Source of the DNA: Octopus sinensis
Taxonomy: Eukaryota
Reading direction: 5' to 3'
Assembly (NCBI RefSeq): GCF_006345805.1
Contig: NW_021828684.1
Coordinates: forward strand, 1 to 7,980
Length of the DNA stretch: 7,980 bases
Shown here: positions 1 to 7,689 of the stretch, one piece after another
Layout: the number at the start of each line of letters is the position of its first letter
Position numbering within the stretch: position 1 is the stretch's first letter
The notes under the pieces: generated by a model
Told to the model about the DNA's origin: nothing
Seen by the model: only the letters and a program-made list of their open reading frames with translations
Database searches by the model: none
Translations under genes and position numbers: made by a program

Positions 1-79
1 AAGAAGAAGAAAAGAAGAAGAAGAAGAAGAAGAAGAAGAAGAAGAGAAGAAGAAGAAGAAGAAGAAGAAGAAGAAGAAG
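1..79. repeat. (GAA)n microsatellite, cut by the window edge
   Basis: Near-perfect AAG/GAA units from base 1 to 79. Confidence 0.97.
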
Positions 80-282
80 CAGTAGTAATGGTTTTCGTAA
101 GGAGAATGCTGATGTCTCCGATTTATAAGGAATGAAACACCATAGAATGGCCTGAAGGAAGATTTTTATAGAAATATGTCTCTGAGAATGGTGACCAAAC
201 ATGGCGTCGAAATCACTGGAAACCATTAGAATAATATCTTGTATGAATAATGATAACAAACCATTGTGGTCTTATTATTGCT

Positions 283-345
283 GTAGTAGTAGTAGTAGTA
301 TAGTAGTAGTAGTAGTAGTAGTAGTAGTGTTGGTGGTGGTGTAGT
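283..345. repeat. Compound (GTA)n/(GGT)n microsatellite
   Basis: GTA units at 283-328 grade into GGT units. Confidence 0.92.
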
Positions 346-684
346 ATAATTGGATAATTCTGGTTTTCGTTTCTATTGTTGGTGTTGGTGATGGTGGCGG
401 TGGTGTTTTAGAGGAAAGGGGAGGTAATTGTGCAGGCATAGTTCTCTATATGTATTTCATTTAATTGAATTCCTTCTAAGCCAATCCAATTAAATTTGAT
501 TCTAAAATACTTGACACCCGTTCATTTGTAAGTACTGCTTTCAGTAGAACGAGACAGCTAAGGGAGGCTCTCAATGCATTGGCACTCGACCATGCTAGAA
601 ATAGCAGCTAGATTTCACCTAAACTTTCACATATATCGTCCAAAAAAACATACTTTGGTCAATGGAGTCTACATTACTCAGTAA

Positions 685-900
685 GGAGCCGTGGGCCCCT
701 TTCCCGGGTTATCCGGCGTATATATTCCTCTTTGGGCGGGACGCCGGTCCGTGGCACGGTTATTCATTTTCACCAGCTGAGTGGACTGAGGCAACGCGAA
801 CTGAAGTGTTTTGTTCTAGAACCCAACGTATTGCCAGGCCCAAGAACCGAAACAACAATCTTCCGAGTCCAATGCCCTAAGCACGAAACCTTGCGCCTCC
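685..900 (-). mobile_element. Decayed tRNA-derived SINE
   Basis: Minus strand starts GGAGGCGCAA, identical to the SINE start at 7335-7326. It carries TGAGTGGACTG (778-788), also present in the SINE at 6013-6023. Pol III boxes are degenerate; the 3' boundary is approximate. Confidence 0.7.
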
Positions 901-954
901 CCAATCATTGATACGTTACGGCTTGAATAATGCACAGGATGGAAACAAAATGAC

Positions 955-1094
955 ACAATTTCTGTTTAGCAAATTCACACAGAAGTCATTGGTCGGTTGG
1001 GACCATGGAAGAAGACACTTGCTCAAGGTTCCACGCAATGGGATTGAACCCGAAACTGCGTGACTGCCTGCAAAGCGAGCCTCTTAACCCAGGC
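955..1094 (-). mobile_element. tRNA-derived SINE, 5' portion
   Basis: Minus strand has a B-box GGTTCAATCCC (1050-1040) followed by CCTTGAGCAAGTGTCTTC, matching CCTTGTGCAAGTGTCTTC of the plus-strand SINE near 5700. Confidence 0.8.
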
Positions 1095-1333
1095 AACAGA
1101 ATCACAATTTGCTCGTTTGCTTGTTATTGACACCGCACCGCTGTCGCCGCCGTTTGTTGCTGTACACACACAAATATCACAGCAGAAAACGAACAAGACT
1201 GACTGAGAGCTACTGTTTAATATGACAACGATTTGTGCGAGTCAAGCGACATAGGGAGACCGTATTCCGTGAGTGAGACAGCGAAATAGCATACGATAGA
1301 TAAGATAGACATAAACGAGACAATAATGAATGG

Positions 1334-1621
1334 CTACTACTACTACTACTACTACTACTTACTACTAGTAAATAATAATAATAATAATAATAATAATATA
1401 ATAATAATAATAATAATGATAATGATATATAATAATAATGATAATGATAATATAATAATATAATAATAATGATAATAATAATAATGATTGATGATATAAT
1501 AATAATAATATAATAATAATAATAATAATAATAAAATGATAATAATAATAATGATAATGATAATAATAATAATGATAATGAAAATAATAATAATAATGAT
1601 AATAATATATGATGATGGATG

Positions 1622-1695
<74 letters not shown>
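1334..1695. repeat. Compound (CTA)n/(TAA)n microsatellite with TGA variants
   Basis: Directly visible; explains the poly-Ile/Tyr/Ser ORF 1210-1716. Confidence 0.97.
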
Positions 1696-2199
1696 ATAGT
1701 TTTCTTTATTAACCACCGAGGATTTATAAACAGTTCGAGTATAGTACAGGACGATACAACACGATATGAGTTGTAATATGATAAGAGAGGTTATAGGAAG
1801 GCGAGTAAATAGTAAAATAAGAAAAAAAAATAGGAACTGAATGCATAATTATAAGAACAATATCAATGATAATAATATCATTGACGACTGATGTAATAAA
1901 ATGGTGATTAAGGAGTTGGAAGAACGAGAATATTAAGCATTTTATATAATATATAAATGATAATAAACATTAGATTATGACAAAATGAAGTAATAAGCGC
2001 AGTAATAATAAGAGGAATGACAATAAAAAATATCATCACACACAGATATAACGTGTGTGTGTATATATATATATATTAATGTATTTATATAGAAATATAT
2101 AAATGTATGAGAGACATGTTGAGGCCGGAACAATGTGAGAAGATATAAAGTAAAGTACAAAAAAAAGCAGAAAGAACGCAAAACAAATTTGCAGTTTTA

Positions 2200-2247
2200 C
2201 CATATTATCTTATATTTTGGGTCTACGACCACTTCTTCAGGACATGG
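2200..2247 (-). ncRNA. Degenerate minimal type I hammerhead-ribozyme-like motif (Penelope type)
   Basis: Minus strand: CCAUGUC-CUGAAGA-AG-U-GGUC(GUA)GACC-C-AAAA-UAUA-AGAUAAUAUGG. CUGANGA box, stem II, palindromic AUAU plus H and a pairable stem I are present, but GAAA reads AAAA. Confidence 0.45.
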
Positions 2248-2257
2248 GAAAATTATA

Positions 2258-2261
2258 TGTG

Positions 2262-2332
<71 letters not shown>

Positions 2333-2368
2333 CTCATAATATACTATTATTAATATTATTATTATTAA

Positions 2369-2406
<38 letters not shown>

Positions 2407-2441
2407 TATTATTATTATTAATTATTATTATTATTATTATT
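2258..2441. repeat. (TG)/(TA)n followed by (ATT)n; the ATT part is the tail/target tract of the adjacent LINE
   Basis: Directly visible; the (ATT)n tract abuts the 3' UTR of element A. Confidence 0.95.
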
Positions 2442-3410
2442 CTGTTTGACTTTTGCTTTACATTTGTACAAGTTGGCTCAAAGTCTCACCCAGAGACCTC
2501 AAGAGACAACAGGTTGGAAGTTCACGTTGTTGTTATGCCTAGTGTGCCATATATTTGGTTTTGTACTTAGTGCTGTACTAGTGAATGTCTAAAAAAAAAC
2601 ATACAAAAATTATGTTTGTTTTAAAACTTGAGATTACATAGAAAGTATTTTGCGTAGGATATGAGCAGTTCCCATGAGCACTATCTTTTGAATTTCTGCC
2701 ATTTTGTGGTTTCCTGGTATCTGAGTTAGGTAGCAATCAGCCCCTTTTGCTATCATTCCCAGGGCACTTACAACAACAGGTATTGTTTTAGTGTTCAGGT
2801 TGCACATTTTGCTGATTTCTATTTCAAGATCTTTATATTTGCTCAGTTTTTGGTAGGTCTTGACAGATACGTTTATATCGATTGGGACAGTCATATCAAT
2901 GAGGAGGCATGTTTTTTGTCTGAAGTCTTTCAATATAATGTCTGGCCTATCCGCATCTATCTTTCTGTCAGTTTGAATGGTGAAGTTCCAAAGGAGTGAG
3001 ATGTGGTCATTTTCAAGCACTGGAGGTGGTTTGTGTTCCCACCAGTTTTTATCATTGGGTAATTCCAGGCTTTTGCAAATTACCCAGTGAATATATTGTG
3101 CAGCTCTATCATGCCTGTTGAGATAGTCTGTAGGCGCTAGAAGACTGCACTTGGAGGCAATGTGATCAATGGTTTCATTTTGTTGTCGGCATACACGACA
3201 TGTTGGGCTACTGCCGTTCTTTAATATGTTAGAGTGGTAGTTCCTTGTAGGTAGGCATTGATCTTGAACTGCTATGATAAACCCTTATGTTTCAGATTTT
3301 AAGCCAGAGGCCATTAGCCATGGGTCAGGGCTTTGTCAACATCGACATTATTCGCTCTCTTCGGGTATTTGCCATTGAGAGGTTTTTCTTGCCATTTATC
3401 ATTTAGAATA
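2442..3410 (-). mobile_element. 5'-truncated R4/Dong-like non-LTR retrotransposon (RLE type), element A
   Basis: Minus-strand translation gives a CCHC knuckle (CRVCRQQNETIDHIASKC), an RHD motif and PD-(D/E)xK-type endonuclease motifs (RPDII...IDMTVP...KLSKY), then a ~190-nt 3' UTR and an (AAT)n tail. Confidence 0.92.
2634..3409 (-). pseudogene. C-terminal part of retrotransposon ORF: post-RT region, zinc knuckle and restriction-like endonuclease
   Basis: Reads ILNDKWQEKPLNGKYP..., frameshift near 3321, in-frame TAA at 3287-3285, then open from 3284 to the stop at 2636-2634, ending GTAHILRKILSM. The supplied ORF 2634-3020 is its distal part. Confidence 0.9.
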
Positions 3411-3430
3411 TTATTATAATTATAATTATA

Positions 3431-3465
<35 letters not shown>

Positions 3466-3612
3466 CATCATCATCATCATCATCATCATCACATCATCAT
3501 CATCATCATCATCATCATCAGCATCAATCATCATCATCATCATCATCATCATCGTCATCATCATTATTATCTTATTATCATTATTATCATTATTATTATT
3601 ATTATTATTATT
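3410..3612. repeat. Compound (ATT)n-(ATC)n-(ATT)n microsatellite between elements A and B
   Basis: Directly visible. Confidence 0.96.
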
Positions 3613-3976
3613 CAGTAGTTTTTATTTTTTAAGCGTGCTTTCACTTCACTACCCCGGCGCAGCTCTGTGTGCCTTGGTATGTGCTGTGATTTTGTTTGTG
3701 ATGCTCTGATGGTTATTGTATGGAAAGTGTTCTGCGTAGGATGTGTGCAGTGCCTAGTAGTGCAATTTTCTGTATGTTATATGTGTTTGTAAGTCCTGGT
3801 TGTTTTTGTTATGTATTTGTCTGAATATTTTTTTATCATGCCTAATGCACCTACTATGATAGGAATTGTTTCTGTTTTCAGATTCCACATTCTAGTTACC
3901 TCTATTTCCAGGTCTTTGTATTTTGAGAGTTTCTCCATTTCTTTTAGAGACACGTTGTCATCAGCCGGTATTGATA

Positions 3977-3977
<1 letters not shown>
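3613..3977 (-). mobile_element. 5'-truncated R4/Dong-like element B (different subfamily from A)
   Basis: Minus: VSIPADDNVSLKEMEKLSKYKDLEIEVTRMWNLKTETIPIIVGALGMI..., +1 frameshift near 3800, then PGLTNTYNIQKIALLGTAHILRRTLSIQ* (stop 3715-3713). The ~100-nt 3' UTR is unlike that of A and is followed by (AAT)n. Confidence 0.9.

Positions 3978-4045
<68 letters not shown>
3978..4045. repeat. Perfect (ATT)n, about 22 units, between elements B and C
   Basis: Directly visible; produces the poly-Asn and poly-Leu ORF artefacts. Confidence 0.97.
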
Positions 4046-4046
<1 letters not shown>

Positions 4047-4260
4047 GCTGTCGCACAATATAAAATATCGTGATGTTGTTGATTGAAGATATTGTGTGTA
4101 CCGGGAGGTTTATACTGTTTGTCAAGTCACAACAAGGACCTCAGACAGACAGTACTTTACGGTATATGCGTGCAGTTCCAAGTAATGCCGACTTTTGCAA
4201 TAGATCTAGATTGTAGGGTATTTCTAAAGTTTCCAGATGCTTTTTTCAGATTGGGTGAAT
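4046..4260 (-). mobile_element. Short 3' fragment of a third R4/Dong-like element (C)
   Basis: Minus: KKHLETLEIPYNLDLLQKSALLGTARIYRKVLSV* (stop 4143-4141), homologous to the C-termini of A and B; ~95-nt 3' UTR ending in (AAT)n. This fragment is not shown in the ORF track. Confidence 0.85.
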
Positions 4261-4377
4261 TATATATATTGTATTCTTATATAATTACTTTATAATTATA
4301 TCACCATAAAATAATTATATAATTGACATGCATTGAGAATTTTGATTTTCTTTCTAAAGATATAAGCGTGAATATAT

Positions 4378-4830
4378 GTAACTTTGATAGATTTAGGCCA
4401 GTATAGGCCCAGGCCATGTCTAACTTGATAGCACCAACTGGTGAAGTCTTTTAGTCATATATGGGGTACCATGGCCTACTCTAGCAAAGAGTTGTTATTG
4501 TTGGAGACATATCCGGGTGTAGGAGGTTGGTCTGGGATTTTTTGAAGAAATTTATCCAGTGAACTTTTGAATTTTATGGGGTCTGTTTCCGTTTTGCCGT
4601 ATTTTGGTATAATTTTTTAAGAGAGGTGGACCGGTTGAGGTAAAGTAATTGTGGCGTAATGTTGTTGTGTGTCCTGAGTTCGATTTTTGTAGTGAGCGGA
4701 TAGCACGGTGGGGAGGCCAAGTCTTGGACGGATTTTAAAACTGATGCCAACATCATTTGTGCAATATTGATGGAATATTTTCGACATCACACAAATGATG
4801 TAGCGCTCCCCAGCGGCGTTGGAGAGAGAG
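4378..4830 (-). mobile_element. Decayed 3' end of a CR1/L2-group LINE
   Basis: Minus strand across several frameshifts: SLQRR..ERYIICVMSKIFHQYCTNDVGISFKIRPRLG / TTLRHNYFTSTGPPL / IIPKYGKTETDPIKFKK / LDKFLQKIPDQPPTPGYVSNNNNSLLE, typical post-RT C-terminal motifs of this group, then a short 3' UTR. Exact clade is uncertain. Confidence 0.8.
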
Positions 4831-4831
4831 G

Positions 4832-5066
<235 letters not shown>

Positions 5067-5192
5067 TTATGTGTGTTATTTATGTATATCCTCACATTTG
5101 TAATCGCATTGCTTATATCCTGTTTCTTCTTTTCTCTCTTCCTTTCCTTCGTGCTGTTTTAATGCTTTCCATTTATTTATTTATTTCGAATT

Positions 5193-5242
5193 CCCTTTCT
5201 CCCCTCGCGCCCCCGCCTTCCCTCTCCTCCCCCCCGCTTCCC
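5193..5242 (-). other. Potential G-quadruplex sequence
   Basis: Six plus-strand C-runs of at least 3 nt (5193, 5201, 5210, 5220, 5229, 5240) separated by 4-6 nt. Confidence 0.55.
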
Positions 5243-5647
5243 ATTAACTTTCCAAGTTGGAAGGGAATTTATCAGTAAACTTAGAAAGTGTAACTCTTGA
5301 TTAAATCTGTAAACAGAGGCCTTCAAAGTTTGACACTTGCTGCCATACTTGGCAGATATTTGGGTAAGTTGTTAGCATACCACGGCTCTCTGCTTCCTAC
5401 CTGGACAGTTACGTTGACTAACAGCAATCAGACCCCCCCGCTCCTCTCTCCATCCCCCTCTCTCATTCTCTTCACGCCTCTACAGCATAAATTACGAGAT
5501 AGTACTACAAGGCACCAAAGACAGCATGGAAGCGTTGAAGGGAACAATATATATATCGATCTCTCTGTCTGTCTGTCGGTCTCTCTCTCTCTCTTTCTCT
5601 GTCTGTCTATGTATTTGCCTATCTGTATTCATACATGTGTTAATATA

Positions 5648-5810
5648 TTGGTGTGGCTTCTCAACCATATGGTTCCGGGTTCAGTCCCAATCCGTGGCAC
5701 CTTGTGCAAGTGTCTTCTGAAATTGCTTCGAGCCGAAAAAGCCTTGTATATATATATATAAACGTTGGGAAACTGAAAGAGACCCATCTTTTATATATAG
5801 TATATATATG
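5648..5810 (+). mobile_element. tRNA-derived SINE, 5' half (interrupted)
   Basis: B-box-like GGTTCAGTCCC then GTGGCACCTTGTGCAAGTGTCTTCT...GGAAACTGAAAGA running into (TA)n; same family as 955-1094. Confidence 0.8.
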
Positions 5811-5812
5811 TA

Positions 5813-6136
5813 GGAGCACTCCGTCGACTACGACGACGAGAGTTCCAGCTGATACGATCAACGGAACAGCTTGCTTGTGAAATTAATATGCAAGTGGCTG
5901 AGCACTGCAAAGGCATGTGTACCCTTCACATACTTCCTAGGGAGATTGGGCGTGACACAGAGTGTGACAAGGCTGTCTCTTTGAAATACAGGTACAACTC
6001 ATTTTTGCCAAGTGAGTGGACTGGAGCAACGTGAAATAAAGTGTCTTGCTCAAGGACACCACATGTCACCGGGAATTGAACTCACGACCTTACCATCGTG
6101 ATCCGAATGCCCGAACCACTACCCACGCGCCTTCAC
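5813..6136 (-). mobile_element. Near full-length tRNA-derived SINE
   Basis: Minus: GAAGGCGCGTGGGTAGTGGTT (A-box-like), GAGTTCAATTCCC (B-box, 6083-6071), TCCTTGAGCAAGACACTTT central motif, 3' end ...GTCGACGGAGTGC. Confidence 0.85.
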
Positions 6137-6216
6137 ACACACACGTGGTGTGTGTGTGTGTGAGTTAATGTTAATTAATCAATAAATTAATTTGTATCCA
6201 ATAGATCTCTGTTTTC

Positions 6217-6445
<229 letters not shown>

Positions 6446-6680
6446 TCTGTGCGTGTGCCTTCGTGCCTGTGTTTGTCCGTCCATCACCGCTTGAGAAACG
6501 GCGTTGGTGTGTTTACGTCCCCGTAAAAATAGCGGTTTGGCAAAAGGGCCCGATAGAAAAAGTGCTCAGCTTAAAAATAAATAAGCTTTGGGGTCGATTT
6601 GTTCGACTAAAACCCTTCAAGGTGGTGCTCCAGCATGCTCGCAGTCAAATTACTTAAGCAAGTAAAAGAATAAAAGAATA
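6446..6680 (+). mobile_element. SINE 3' half, probably the continuation of 5648-5810
   Basis: GTGTTTACGTCCCCGTA...GGGGTCGATTTGTTCGACTAAAA...AAGGTGGTGCTCCAGCATG...AAGTAAAAGAATAAAAGAATA; the tail recurs at 6987-7080 and 7122-7166. Linkage to the 5' half rests on my recollection of the family layout. Confidence 0.8.
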
Positions 6681-6819
6681 GATGAATAACCCACAAGTGT
6701 GAACAAGAGAGACAGAGACAGGCAGAAACAAGGAAAATGCCACTTATATTTGAACACTATACAAATATTCCTTTAAAAAAACTTTTCATTTAATTTTTCT
6801 AAATTTAATTATTTAATCG

Positions 6820-6863
6820 TTACAGTTGAAAAGTTCTCAAAAAGACTGAAACCGGTACTGAAA
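6820..6863 (+). ncRNA. Minimal type I hammerhead-ribozyme-like motif with U3/A8 variant core
   Basis: CAG-UUGAAAA-GUUCUCAAAAAGACU-GAAA-CCGG-UA-CUG: stem I CAG/CUG, intact GAAA, palindromic ACCGGU stem III, UA cleavage site, weak stem II. Confidence 0.5.
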
Positions 6864-6896
6864 TGTTCTTTATAAAATTATTTTAGCATTTTCTAT

Positions 6897-6925
6897 CTTG
6901 ACTTTTGTTCCACACACACACACAC

Positions 6926-6968
<43 letters not shown>

Positions 6969-6986
6969 TATGGAACAAAAGTCAAG
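6897..6986. repeat. Perfect 16-bp inverted repeat enclosing (CA)n(TA)n
   Basis: CTTGACTTTTGTTCCA (6897-6912) and TGGAACAAAAGTCAAG (6971-6986) are exact reverse complements. Confidence 0.95.
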
Positions 6987-7080
6987 GCACTGGGGTCGAT
7001 TCATTTGACTAAAAATTCTTCAAGGCGGTGCCCCAGCATGATGCATTCTAATGACTGAACAAGTAAAAGTTAAAAATAAA
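6987..7080 (+). mobile_element. SINE 3' tail fragment
   Basis: GCACTGGGGTCGAT...CTTCAAGGCGGTGCCCCAGCATG...ATGACTGAACAAGTAAAA, homologous to the end of 6446-6680. Confidence 0.85.
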
Positions 7081-7088
7081 TACATATA

Positions 7089-7104
<16 letters not shown>

Positions 7105-7120
<16 letters not shown>

Positions 7121-7336
7121 GTACTTGTTCAGTCATTTGACTGCGGCCATGCTGGAGCACCGCCTTTAGAGTGGTGAAAGAGTACAGAAGGGATCACCAC
7201 CTCCTGCCGGAGCCTCGTGGAGCTTTTAGGTGTTTTTTTCGCTCAATAAACACACACAATGCCCGGTCTGGGAATCGAAACCGCGATCCTCCGACCGCAA
7301 GTCCGCTGCCCTAACCACTAGGCCATTGCGCCTCCA
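7105..7336 (-). mobile_element. Apparently complete tRNA-derived SINE with A16 tail, flanked by (TA)n
   Basis: Minus: GGAGGCGCAATGGCCTAGTGG (A-box), GGTTTCGATTCCC (B-box), body, tail AAGGCGGTGCTCCAGCATGGCCGCAGTCAAATGACTGAACAAGTAC, then A16 (T-run 7105-7120). Confidence 0.88.
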
Positions 7337-7611
7337 TATATATATATATATATGCTGACGTGGTGCACCTTGGCTGAAGAATTCAGAGCTTAAGTTCAAA
7401 CTCATTTAAGCATTAGTACGTGTTTTCTAAAGTGAGTATATCTGGATTTCACCTTTTGTATATGTGTGTGTGTCTTGCGTGTGTGGAGTGGTGGTGGTGG
7501 TGGGGCGTGGGGCGTGTGTGTGTGTATTAACTGAATGTCCCAAACGAAGCGAGAAGCCACTTAATGTAATGAACTATGAAAAAAAAAGAAATTAAAACGC
7601 AAGAAATGACT

Positions 7612-7689
7612 TTATTTTAAACTCAGATCGTAAAGCCGGAAGAAATGCCGCCAAGCATTTTGTTCGGCGTGCTATGGATTCTGCCAGCT
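7612..7689 (-). mobile_element. 5' fragment of another tRNA-like SINE
   Basis: Minus: AGCTGGCAGAATCCATAGCACGCCGAACAAAATGCTTGGCGGCATTTC...TCTGAGTTTAAAAT; A-box-like TGGCAGAATC and a decayed B-box. Resembles an abundant octopus SINE head from memory. Confidence 0.6.

Noticed and set aside
145-236. Two hammerhead-like fragments (CTGAAGGA...GAAATAT and CTGAGAA...CGAAATC)
   Set aside because: Neither has a correct CUGANGA box together with pairable stems I and II and a valid UH site.
662-880. 72-aa ORF, and likewise 5653-5880, 5661-5861 and 6463-6657
   Set aside because: They lie within SINE sequence and show no recognisable protein motif.
1095-1333. CpG-containing stretch not assigned to a repeat
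   Set aside because: No ORF, splice pattern or structure I can support; it may be an unrecognised repeat.
1210-1716. 168-aa ORF rich in Ile, Leu, Tyr and Ser
   Set aside because: Translation of the (TAA)/(CTA) microsatellite. The same applies to ORFs 2135-2353, 3811-4047, 6216-6434 and 6287-6487.
1863-1884. 9-bp perfect hairpin TCAATGATA/TATCATTGA
   Set aside because: AT-rich and derived from ATG/ATA-like repeats; plausible by chance.
2446-2463. TTGACTTTTG shared between the 3' end of element A and the inverted-repeat arm at 6898
   Set aside because: Only a 10-nt T-rich exact match with no flanking homology.
3958-3964. CTGATGA on the minus strand followed by GAAA
   Set aside because: Part of the coding sequence for ADDN in element B; no stem II.
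4574-4756. 60-aa minus-strand ORF
   Set aside because: Mostly an off-frame reading of the frameshifted CR1/L2-group fragment.
7260-7336. tRNA-like sequence (also 6060-6136)
   Set aside because: A and B boxes are present but there is no complete cloverleaf and the sequence continues into SINE body; these are SINE heads, not tRNA genes.
7374-7386. CTGAAGA within the small palindrome CTGAA-GAA-TTCAG
   Set aside because: No downstream GAAA or stem III.
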